From an uncultured Candidatus Competibacteraceae bacterium (GTDB lineage Bacteria; Pseudomonadota; Gammaproteobacteria; Competibacterales; Competibacteraceae), in assembly GCA_964613675.1 (NCBI GenBank), contig CAZTIH010000001.1:13556-65405 (forward strand): DNA of 51,850 bases, read 5' to 3'. The notes under the pieces were generated by a model. That model worked only from the letters and a program-made list of their open reading frames with translations. It made no database searches and was not told where the DNA came from. The position numbers and the translations under genes were made by a program. Position 1 is the first letter of the stretch. Every line of letters begins with the position of its first letter. Shown one piece after another: positions 34,752 to 46,300 of this stretch.

Positions 34752-35825
34752 GTGCTGACAGCGCTCTCCATTGAAAATTTTCGCAACTTGCAGAGCGTCA
34801 CATTCACGCCAGGCGAGGGCCTCAATCTGATTTGCGGACCCAATGCGGCGGGTAAAACCAGCCTGTTAGAAGCGATTTATCTTCTTGGACGAGCGCGGTC
34901 GTTCAGAACAAACCGTTGGAATCATTTGGTAGAACGGGAAAAAACAGCTTTTCAGCTCGTCGCGACCCTTGCCTACCCTCGCACTATTACCCTAGGTATG
35001 AAACGCGCTCACAGCGGCTGGGAGGTGCGTTACGATGGCAATCCCGTGACGACCCTCACCGATTTAGCTCATTGTTTTCCGGTTCTCTTACTCAATCCCG
35101 ACAGTCATCGGCTAATCGAGGGCAGTCCTTCTATTCGTCGCAGATTTCTGGATTGGGGGCTGTTTTACTTCGATAAAGAGTTCTTAAACGCTTGGCGAAG
35201 GTGGTCTCTGGCATTGCGACAGCGGAATGAGATGCTGCGAGCGGGGGGATCGGATCGACAGTTAGCGGTTTGGGAAAAAACGCTCGTTGTCACTGCCCTC
35301 GACCTAGATAAGCGGCGACAAACCTTCGCAGACCGCCTGAGCGCAGTTCTAAGCAATTGGATTGGGTTGACCCTAGGTGAGCTAGAGGTCTCGATGGAAT
35401 ATCGCCGTGGATGGCCTTTAGAGGCCGATCTGGGGGAATTATTGGCGGCGAGTCGCGGGCAAGATCGGCGTTTCGGTTACACCCGTTCGGGGCCGCAACG
35501 GGCTGATTTAGGGCTACGAATCGGCGGTCGGAATGCTTCGGAAGTTCTATCCAGAGGACAGCAAAAGTTGTTTGCAGCAGCGTTAGTTCTGGCCCAAGCG
35601 GCATTGTGCGAGCGTCACAGCGGATTGCCCTGTGTGATCTTAGTCGATGATTTGCCCGCAGAGCTTGATTCAGACAGTCGTAGAGATCTGTTGAGTGCGT
35701 TGAGTCGTTTAGGGGGGCAGCGTTTCATCACGGCAGTTGATCCTGATGCGCTAGACCTTGTTGCAGAGGGCAGTTTGATGACGAAATTTCGATTAAAAGC
35801 AGGTGAATTATCGCCAGTGTTATAA
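34752..35825 (+). CDS. recF: DNA replication and repair protein RecF
   Basis: 357 aa with a GTG start. It has the Walker A GPNAAGKTSLLEAIY and the signature LSRGQQKL. Confidence 0.9.
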   Translation: MLTALSIENFRNLQSVTFTPGEGLNLICGPNAAGKTSLLEAIYLLGRARSFRTNRWNHLVEREKTAFQLVATLAYPRTITLGMKRAHSGWEVRYDGNPVTTLTDLAHCFPVLLLNPDSHRLIEGSPSIRRRFLDWGLFYFDKEFLNAWRRWSLALRQRNEMLRAGGSDRQLAVWEKTLVVTALDLDKRRQTFADRLSAVLSNWIGLTLGELEVSMEYRRGWPLEADLGELLAASRGQDRRFGYTRSGPQRADLGLRIGGRNASEVLSRGQQKLFAAALVLAQAALCERHSGLPCVILVDDLPAELDSDSRRDLLSALSRLGGQRFITAVDPDALDLVAEGSLMTKFRLKAGELSPVL

Positions 35826-35850
35826 TTCCGAACTTCTACAAATTGCCTGA

Positions 35851-38268
<2,418 letters not shown>

Positions 38269-38449
38269 TGGAGCGATTCTCCTTGGGCCTGCGCGAGCGG
38301 GCTTCGCGGTTTGGGCAACAAGCAGATAACAAAGGAAGTGATTCAGCCATGAGAGATGGCTCAGATGCTTGAAGCTCCTACCCAAGTTCAGTAAACGCGA
38401 AATTTCCGTATATCTGCTATAGTTCCTAAGCAATCTCAAATAGCGTTAT

Positions 38450-38477
38450 TAAAGTCGTCGAACTTTCCCGTCGATAA
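38450..38477 (+). promoter_or_regulatory. sigma-28 (FliA)-like promoter upstream of flgM
   Basis: The element reads TAAA-N16-GTCGATAA, against the consensus TAAA-N15-GCCGATAA. The -10 element ends 40 nt before the ATG at 38518. Confidence 0.4.
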
Positions 38478-38517
38478 GGTTTACTTAGCGTTAAATACGG
38501 TTTCGGAGCCTCATGCC

Positions 38518-38787
38518 ATGACCATTCGCATTCCTGAGGGTGGGCCGCCACCCCGTCCCATCTTCACCGCTTCAGCGGCGCGGACCAGCACAATTACGGC
38601 ACCCGCTACCGTCCAGCTCAGTAGTGATGTCCGCCATTTGCAACAAGTTCAGCAACAACTTGTGCAGGAGGAGAGTGTGAATAACCGTCGCATAGCAGAA
38701 CTTCAACGAGCAATAGATAATGGTACCTATCGGGTTGATAGTCGCCAACTTGCTGAAAAACTTGCAAACTTTGAGAACAATCTTTAG
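38518..38787 (+). CDS. flgM: anti-sigma-28 factor FlgM-like protein
   Basis: 89 aa. It has a disordered N-terminal half. The C-terminal RIAELQRAIDNGTYRVDSRQLAEKL matches the FlgM signature (K/R.. L.. AI..G.Y.VD...IA.KL). Confidence 0.7.
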   Translation: MTIRIPEGGPPPRPIFTASAARTSTITAPATVQLSSDVRHLQQVQQQLVQEESVNNRRIAELQRAIDNGTYRVDSRQLAEKLANFENNL

Positions 38788-39767
38788 CGCGTGCCAGCGA
38801 GTTTGGGGACGGTAAGTTCCACGAGCAGCTCGTCGGTCTTATCCATTTTCCAGCAATTCAGAACACCTACAGTTTGCAACTCATCAAGTGCCCCTTTGAG
38901 CGTTCTGCGCCATTCTTTGGGCTGTGCCGATGAACCACAGAGTTGTTGTAGTGCGAGAACCGAAACGCAGTGAGTGCCATCGCTTTGGCTTGCAAAATAG
39001 CCATGTAACCAACGGGAAACATCTTTTTTAAGTTGTCGTCGTGTTTCCCAATCGATGGGGATACTTCCGTCTGCAAACAACTTTATTAACTTGGGATTTA
39101 ATGTTAAGGCATAACGCTCTAGTGCGCGATCGCGGTAAAAATCCAGTAAATTTCCAATGTAATCAAAGCGATCTGTCGAAATGTGCAGGGCACAGGCGAC
39201 CATTCGCGTTAGAGATTCGTTAAGTCGTTGATGATGATCTTTTCCCTTTGGACTTCGGCCTATCGCTTGCAAAAAACCGTAAGCACTGAACTCCGCTTTT
39301 ACGCCCAATCCACCATTTTGTTTTGCAATATCAATGGCTTGTAGCCAAATATCGAGATCAAATTGATCAAGTTGTGTCCCTGTAAAAGTAAGCGTAAACC
39401 CCGGCAAAGCGGCAATCGGATGCTGTTGAAATTGGCGTCGTTGCCCACGGGGCATGATTCCAAACAGTGCTGAACGTAACAGACATGCAGGCGCTAATCG
39501 CTGTACACCTGGCGTCCAAAGTTGTGGAAAGGCCAATTCTGGAGAGGTGGGAGGGGGTTCTAAACCCGTTAATAAATCACCCCGCAGAGGCTCTGATGGG
39601 GGCCGCGATTTAGGGAGTTGAGGGGCGTCAAAAACAAGCGGTATCTGGGGCGGATGAGAAATCTGTTGACGACGCAGTTGGTCGCGCCGTCGCATCTGCT
39701 CCAAAAGTTCTGCTGGAGTCGTAATCGACCTTTTAGGGGGAGGTGGCATGAGAACGCTTGTGCTCAA
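38784..39767 (-). CDS. TrfA-family plasmid-type replication initiator protein
   Basis: 327 aa. It is collinear with TrfA blocks as recalled from RK2: LRSALF, FTGTQLDQFDLDIWLQA, FSAYGFLQAIGRS, SLTRM, DFYRD, LTLNPKLIKLF, IDWETRRQL, WLHGYF, LQQLCGS, LKGALDELQTVG. The track start is a TTG at 39767, and the alternative ATG at 39749 would give MPPPPKRS... Confidence 0.8.
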   Translation of the reverse strand: MSTSVLMPPPPKRSITTPAELLEQMRRRDQLRRQQISHPPQIPLVFDAPQLPKSRPPSEPLRGDLLTGLEPPPTSPELAFPQLWTPGVQRLAPACLLRSALFGIMPRGQRRQFQQHPIAALPGFTLTFTGTQLDQFDLDIWLQAIDIAKQNGGLGVKAEFSAYGFLQAIGRSPKGKDHHQRLNESLTRMVACALHISTDRFDYIGNLLDFYRDRALERYALTLNPKLIKLFADGSIPIDWETRRQLKKDVSRWLHGYFASQSDGTHCVSVLALQQLCGSSAQPKEWRRTLKGALDELQTVGVLNCWKMDKTDELLVELTVPKLAGTR

Positions 39768-39774
39768 AAGAGGT

Positions 39775-42513
39775 TTAACGATTCTGTAGATCGTGGCGTT
39801 GTAGAAAAGTCTGTTGACCTGGGATTTCGACGGTTCCGACCGTAGCGAGACAACTTTCGATCTCCGTGGGGCTCACTGCCCGCACAAAAACCCGTTTACC
39901 CTTAATAATACCCGTAAATTCAAGCTGGATAGCCGCTAATTCTCGATCTCCTTGAGTGAGTTCACCCGTCAACGCTTGTGGAGAAGCTGTGTAGAAAAGA
40001 TTAAAGATACCATCCCTTGGAACCCCTAACTCTTCCCATTTCCCATATTCTCCCCCTTGCCGAATCATGGGTTCAAACTTTCGCAATTTCAGATATCCGA
40101 CGAAGAATTGGAAAGGTGCTTCACATTCAGTCTTGGAATAATTGACGATTTTAATCGGTTCGCCAGGGCAAAGTCGCAGTAACCCTAATGCAACTCCCGT
40201 TTTAGCAGTGGGTTTGTAGAAATTTTCTTTGTCAATCTGAAGCGGTAAATGCACCTCAAATCCCATAGGGAAATCATCTAAAAGCTGTTCTAGAAACGCG
40301 TTAATGCGTTCTTCTAAGGTTTCTCGTCGCAAATCTTCAGTGTTTTTAACCACGGGCTTGATGGGTGAGGATTTCTTGCCGAAAATTTCTGTAATGAAGG
40401 GGGAACGACTGCCGTTTCCTGCTAACAGAACATGAACTTTTCGCGGACGATAAGGGGTCGCTAAAAAAGCCGTCTTCAGGCTCGTGTAAAAATTTCGTAC
40501 CCCCATCTCTAGTCGGGTTTCTAAGTAGTGACGGATTCGGGCGCGAGGGAGAATCAGTTCACAATTTTTCCGCAACCCCTCTCGACTTAAGAGTTCTATA
40601 GCGATCGGGCCTTCATCAGAGAGTTCTGCACCTTCCCAAAATTTTCTTAGCCGACTCACTAACATCACCATATTCGTGATCGCTGCTTGGGTTTTTTCTA
40701 GGAAAAGTTCACTCCCCGGAAAATCTTCGGCATCGATTGGCTTTTGAAAAGAAATCTGATGACGACGACAAATTTCGAGATTTCGAGGTTCCTTAAAAAC
40801 CAGATAAGCCATGTTTTCCAAGATATTTTCGCCCCCTAAAAATTTATCCCCTGAGGCTCCAAAATGTTCGATAACCGCTTCATAGCCTTCCTCTGCCTCT
40901 TCTTCGTCTGCTAAACGATAAATTCCAAAATCAAAATCTGTTGTCCCTCCCCCAAAATCAAAGACTCCATAGGCCTGCCCTTCTTCTGTAGGGGTGATTT
41001 TTAAAGTATCTAAAGCAGCGATAGCATAAGCAGCGGGTTCCGATGCGCGCTCTTCCACGGAGAATCGCTTGAGAACTTCGGTATTGGTTGTTATGGATTG
41101 GGGCAAGCTGCGTTGCAATCCGCGATGGAAAGAAGCCAAAATTTTTTCTTTCACGGTTTGCGGATAGGCAACGGGGAAAGTCATGTAATAACGGGTAAAA
41201 ATCCCCCTTTGACGCCAATTGATCACCATTCCCAAGTAGTAAGCATAGACTTCTACAGGATCGAATAGATCGTTCTGAGAGACGATTATTGGTGTACCTT
41301 TTGACGGTGGCCTCAAAGTTAAAGGGTCAATGCGATATTCGTAACCTTTTGATTGATCTGTAAAACTTACCTGCAGATCTTGCTCGCTTCTCAGCGCCCA
41401 TTGCTTTAACCGAAGCAGAACACTGCCAACAATACGAACATCTCCTTGATTATCCCGCAGATGATTTAACGCTTCGTGAGAGGCTTTGACATCTGTCCAT
41501 TGCGTTAACGGACGATAGGCCATCGACTGCCAAGGGAGCAAAAATCTTTGAAAATCAATAAATTCTAAAACCGTTGGATTTTCATAATGTTTTGCTTCTG
41601 CCGGCGCCCAATAATCGTGAACGCCGATACGTAGCAGTCGATCTTGGCCATTTTCCCGATAAGCAACCACGGTGCTACTGGTACCGAAGTCAATTGTGAC
41701 AAACCCCTTTTGCACATCGAGATTCGGATCGCGGCCTCTTAACAACTCATCTATTTCTAAAGAAATTCGCTCTTTTTCCGAAAATCCATCGCCATGAAGC
41801 TCCCATAAACCTTTTGCAGGATCAGTGATTTGCGAAGGTTCGAGCTCGGGTAACTTCACGCTTTGCGAATCAATTTTTTTAAACGCCTGCTTCAAAAACG
41901 AAGCGGTCAAGCACTTCTGATTGCCACTTAAGAAAGACTTAGCCCGTTGGTAATCACCCCGTAGCTGTTGCATCAGATCCGCTGTTAGATGCTTTCCAGT
42001 ATGCGATCTCAATGACCATCCCCGTTGCAGACATTCGTCAATGACGGCTTTCGCATTGTTTTGTGTTGGAAAAGGGCGGGTTACAAGCACACATCCTGGC
42101 CATTCTTTATGGCCTTTCAGATCGTCTAAGTTGAGTCCCCCCGCCGTAGTGAGAAAACATTCTTGTACATTTCTGATGCGGTAGTTAGGGCCTTCTCTTA
42201 GAGGAAATTGATTCTGAACGACATTTACTAAGTAGCTCGCTTCGGGAAGTTGCCAACTATCTAAGCCACTGATTTTTATCTGAGAAATCGGGGATTTACT
42301 TTGCTGAAGCGAACAGGCGGTATTGGCAAAGTCTTTCTGCCATAGCCAAAAGCAGTCCCGATCCAAAATCATTGATTCTTCCTTCCCGTCAAACACCCAC
42401 CACCAGCGGTTGGGCGCATTATTAAAGGTTTCCAATACCATCCTTAGAATGTCATCAGCCCGATGTTTAACAATCCCCATCAGAAGTGATCGAGAGGAGG
42501 TGATTTTTGCCAT
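39775..42513 (-). CDS. divergent Hsp70/actin-fold ATPase with ~270-aa N-terminal and ~170-aa C-terminal unassigned regions
   Basis: 912 aa. It has Hsp70 NBD motifs in the canonical order: VTIDFGTSSTVVAY (phosphate-1), SEPAAYAIAA, GVFDFGGGTTDFDFGI (phosphate-2), LGGENILENM, VHVLLAGNGSRSPFI (adenosine). No canonical DnaK substrate-binding domain or EEVD tail is recognisable. Confidence 0.75.
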   Translation of the reverse strand: MAKITSSRSLLMGIVKHRADDILRMVLETFNNAPNRWWWVFDGKEESMILDRDCFWLWQKDFANTACSLQQSKSPISQIKISGLDSWQLPEASYLVNVVQNQFPLREGPNYRIRNVQECFLTTAGGLNLDDLKGHKEWPGCVLVTRPFPTQNNAKAVIDECLQRGWSLRSHTGKHLTADLMQQLRGDYQRAKSFLSGNQKCLTASFLKQAFKKIDSQSVKLPELEPSQITDPAKGLWELHGDGFSEKERISLEIDELLRGRDPNLDVQKGFVTIDFGTSSTVVAYRENGQDRLLRIGVHDYWAPAEAKHYENPTVLEFIDFQRFLLPWQSMAYRPLTQWTDVKASHEALNHLRDNQGDVRIVGSVLLRLKQWALRSEQDLQVSFTDQSKGYEYRIDPLTLRPPSKGTPIIVSQNDLFDPVEVYAYYLGMVINWRQRGIFTRYYMTFPVAYPQTVKEKILASFHRGLQRSLPQSITTNTEVLKRFSVEERASEPAAYAIAALDTLKITPTEEGQAYGVFDFGGGTTDFDFGIYRLADEEEAEEGYEAVIEHFGASGDKFLGGENILENMAYLVFKEPRNLEICRRHQISFQKPIDAEDFPGSELFLEKTQAAITNMVMLVSRLRKFWEGAELSDEGPIAIELLSREGLRKNCELILPRARIRHYLETRLEMGVRNFYTSLKTAFLATPYRPRKVHVLLAGNGSRSPFITEIFGKKSSPIKPVVKNTEDLRRETLEERINAFLEQLLDDFPMGFEVHLPLQIDKENFYKPTAKTGVALGLLRLCPGEPIKIVNYSKTECEAPFQFFVGYLKLRKFEPMIRQGGEYGKWEELGVPRDGIFNLFYTASPQALTGELTQGDRELAAIQLEFTGIIKGKRVFVRAVSPTEIESCLATVGTVEIPGQQTFLQRHDLQNR

Positions 42514-42533
42514 CAGAATTTCTTAATCGTCGA

Positions 42534-43199
42534 TTAGCGGATTTTAACAAGCGGTTTCTGCACAACTTCTCCATTCGCATCTTTCAGACCAGATAGCAAC
42601 ATCATTTCAACAGTTTCGCCCGCATCCTCAGAATAACGACCTGTCTGGTGTATTTCGTGGTCGAAAGGAGTATTCGGAAAAACAATAATTTCTTCTGCTT
42701 GTAAGTCTTGCAGTGAATAATTATGAAGCTTAAGACAGCCCTTTAAGACCTGATTTTGTTCTACAGAAATGGGTTTTTCATGTTCTTTACAGTGATTTGC
42801 CATCTCGCGCCATAACATCGCAATAGACTTCCACTGGGTCGCACGCGATAGAAATCGTTGTAGTAACTCACCTTCGTCAGAGACTTCTGTATCGCCTAAG
42901 AGAATTCGTTTCAACAAATTATCTGTTCGCGTAGTCGCTAACCATTGCAGCGGATTTCTGAGTTGTACTCTCAGGGGGTCTGTCAAGCTGCTTTTAGCCG
43001 CAATAGGGGGCACTTCTGTCGGTAGAATCTTTGATTTTGACTGACTTTCAGAAATACTTGCCGCCCCCTCAAAATCCTGAGGATTCCGAACTGCATCGGC
43101 GATTAGTTTGGCAAATGCCGTGCGAAATTCCTTGTCTTCCTGAATTAAATTAAGCAACTGTTGTTTGTCGATTTGTATGGGGAGTAGCATCTGAAACAT
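42534..43199 (-). CDS. GrpE-like putative nucleotide-exchange factor (tentative)
   Basis: 221 aa. It has a good RBS (AGGAAA 8 nt upstream). The C-terminus FPNTPFDHEIHQTGRYSEDAGETVEMMLLSGLKDANGEVVQKPLVKI resembles the GrpE beta-domain pattern G..FDP..H.A......G.V..V...GY.....V.RPA.V.V. The N-terminal part is not obviously GrpE-like. Confidence 0.4.
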   Translation of the reverse strand: MFQMLLPIQIDKQQLLNLIQEDKEFRTAFAKLIADAVRNPQDFEGAASISESQSKSKILPTEVPPIAAKSSLTDPLRVQLRNPLQWLATTRTDNLLKRILLGDTEVSDEGELLQRFLSRATQWKSIAMLWREMANHCKEHEKPISVEQNQVLKGCLKLHNYSLQDLQAEEIIVFPNTPFDHEIHQTGRYSEDAGETVEMMLLSGLKDANGEVVQKPLVKIR

Positions 43200-43290
43200 C
43201 GTATTGATTTCCTGGGATCGGGCTTAGAAAGCCTATTTGATTTGCCACAAAATTTCGCGACTGAACGAGGGGTAGAAAACCATAAAATTT

Positions 43291-43320
43291 GCGGGAAAGT
43301 CGATCATTCTACTTTCCCGC
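43291..43320 (-). terminator. perfect 10-bp inverted repeat, probable terminator of the transglutaminase operon
   Basis: GCGGGAAAGT-N10-ACTTTCCCGC lies 40 nt past the stop at 43360. On the minus strand it is followed by AAATTTTATGGTTTT. Confidence 0.45.
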
Positions 43321-43359
43321 AAGTCGTTCATCTGAGTTCAGAATCTCTTAGACAGTGTT

Positions 43360-46300
43360 TTATTCGCGCAATCGACGCAAATCGAGCGTACGGGGGTAAT
43401 CAGCGTTACGCTCTTTTGGAGGAATGGGATACGGTCCATCGGGGACTCCGTGGGGATAGAAAGAACGAAGCTTCAGATACTCAGGAGGGGGAGGAACCGT
43501 CCCAGGTGTATGATTCATAGGGAAAAAGCGCTCCCCTCGCCGCGATTCTGCCGTATTCGCATTGACGGGAAATTGCTCATGGGCACGCCCCCCCGGATGC
43601 GCGACATGATAAGTGCATCCCGAAATCGCTCGACCTGTCCACTGATCGACAATATCAAACACCAATGGCACATCGACGGGGATCGTTGGGTGTAATGCCG
43701 AGGGAGGTTGCCAGGCGCGAAAACGCACTCCCGCAACAAATTCCCCTTTAACCCCAGTGGAGTGGAGCGGAACACGTCGTCCATTACAGGCCAAAACATG
43801 GCGATTTTCCGTCATGTTGGTGATTTTTACTTCCAAACGCTCAACCGAAGAATCGACATAACGTGCAGTACCCGTTCCCGTTGCTTCCTCGCCCAAGACA
43901 TGCCACGGTTCAATCGCCAGTCGCAACGTCAGCTCGATTTCATCGACTTGCAGACGTCCAGCTACGGGGAAGCGGAATTCAAAGAAAGGATCGAGCCATT
44001 CCATCAGAAAGGGATAGCCGGCATCTTTCAGATCATTCAGAACCGATTGCATATCCCGACGAACAAAATGGGGCAACATGAATTGGTCGTGTAATGAAGT
44101 ACCCCAGCGAACCAGTTTATGTCTGTAAGGTTTCTTCCAGAACATCGCGACCAGTGAACGGATGAGTAATATTTGAACAAGGCTCATTTGTGGATGAGGG
44201 GGCATCTCAAAACCCCGCATTTCCAGGACGCCTAAACGACCCGCAGGGCCATCAGGGGAATAGAGCTTGTCTATACAGAACTCAGCACGGTGGGTATTCC
44301 CCGTTAAATCAACTAACAGATTTCTGAAAAGTCGGTCGACAATCCACAAAGGGACATCGCCTTTGGGCAGTCTTTGCAACGCAATCTCGAGTTCGTAAAG
44401 CAATTCGTCCCGAGCTTCATCGACTCGTGGCGCTTGGCTGGTTGGCCCAAGAAAAAGTCCAGAAAATAAATAAGACAATGCGGGATGGTGCTGCCAATAG
44501 GTTAATAAACTCGCTAACAGATCGGGGCGTCGCAATAGCGGTGAATCTGCTGGCGTTTTTCCCCCCAAGGTGACGTGATTCCCGCCTCCCGTACCCGTAT
44601 GCCGCCCGTCTAGCATGAACTTTTCGGTTCCTAAACGGGATAATCGCGCCTGTTCGTACAAAACTGAAGTGTTCTGAACAAGCTCTGACCAGCTCTTCGC
44701 AGGGTGAATATTGACCTCGATGACGCCGGGGTCTGGCGTAATATGGATGCGTTCCAGACGTTCATCACGGGGCGGATCGTAGCCTTCCAGATAAATAGGC
44801 ATCTGAAGCTCACTCGCGGTGAGTTCAATGGCTGCCACGAGTTCTGCATAATCATCGGCATTATTCAATGGCGGTAAGAAAATATGTAGATTCCCCTTCC
44901 GAATTTCAAAGCAGAGCGCGGTTTTAATGACATCCGACCATTGAGTTTTGCTTGAATCAGTCTCTTTAATGGGCTTCTGAAGCGTTCGCGTTTGTAGCTC
45001 GACAGATTCTGTAAAGCTGCTCAACCGCTGTCCCACCACCGCGTGAGCGTCTGCAAGGGCAGGTTTTTCGGCGAATGGATCGATCTCGGTTGCTGTTTCG
45101 TGTTGAACAGCTTCTTGAGTCATCCAGGGAAGGGCATTGAGGGGTAATCTGAAGCCCATCGGAGAATCGCCAGGAATCAGATACAAACGCTCTCTGCGCA
45201 ACGGCCAAGAGCTTGTCTGCCATGTCGCACCCCAAGGATGGCGACGCAGAGGTAATACAAAACCGACAGGGGTACTTACGCCTTGGCTTACAACGCGAAT
45301 AAACCGTCTCCGTTCCTCATCATCATCCAAATTTAGGGTGGCAAAATCGAGGTTGACGGGTAAGTCGGCCTCCGTTTTCAGAATTGCTAATGGATCTTCA
45401 AAAGCGCTGATAATGGCTTTGGCATCTAATCCCAGTGCAAGAGTTAATCGTTCTGCAAATCGTTGTGCATCCTGACGAGAAAATTTTTGAGGTTTTGTCG
45501 GTACTGCTAACCATTTTGGGTTATGCCACAATGGTTTACCATCAGTTCGCCAAAATAAACCGAACGCCCAACGCGGTAAAGGCTCGCCCGGATACCATTT
45601 TCCTTGTCCGTAATGAACAGTGCCTTGTTTACCAAAAATCTCGCGCAGACGGCCTAATAAGTCGCTTGCAAGCTGTAATTTGTGTTCGCCCAACGCTGCT
45701 GTATTCCATTGAGCACTGTCCATGTCATCTATTGAGACAAAAGTGGGTTCTCCGCCCATCGTAAGCCGAACATCCATCGCCTCTAAATCTTGATCGACCT
45801 TCTGGCCCAATGCGTTCGCCATCGACCACTGCAATTCCGTGTAGGGCTTGGTGACCCGAGGATCTTCGTGGATACGCATAACTCGGTTGTGGAAATAGAA
45901 CTCGGTTTCGCACTCATCGACGGCACCCGTAATGGCAGCAGCACTGCTGGGATCAGGTGTGCAGGCCAGGGGAATATGTCCCTCTCCCGCAAACAAACCC
46001 GAGGTTGGATCAAGCCCCACCCAACCTGCCCCCGGCAAGTAAACTTCAGTCCAAGCATGGAGGTCGGTAAAATCGGCTTCTGGCCCTGAAGGACCATCAA
46101 GCGCCTTGACATCAGCAGTGAGTTGTACGAGATACCCCGACACAAAACGAGATGCAAAGCCAAGATGGCGAAGTATTTGCGCTAATAACCAAGCCGAGTC
46201 TCGACAAGACCCCGTGCCTTTTTTGAGCGTTTCCTCACTGCTCTGTACGCCAGGCTCCATGCGGATGGTGTAACCCACATCTTTCGCAATCTGTGCGTTC

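Noticed and set aside
38269-38449. Terminator or sRNA after gyrB (small stems CGCGA-N7-TCGCG and AGCCAT-gagag-ATGGCT)
   Set aside because: The stems are short and not followed by a T-run. I could not support a structured RNA or an intrinsic terminator from sequence alone.
43283-43306. Second sigma-28-like promoter (TAAA ... GTCGATCA) on the plus strand
   Set aside because: The spacer is only 12 nt against the required ~15. The -10 element has two mismatches. No plus-strand gene lies downstream.
43242-43520. 92-aa plus-strand ORF spanning the operon spacer and the transglutaminase 3' end
   Set aside because: It overlaps the hairpin and a confidently called minus-strand gene. It has no RBS or motif. 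It is a chance ORF.
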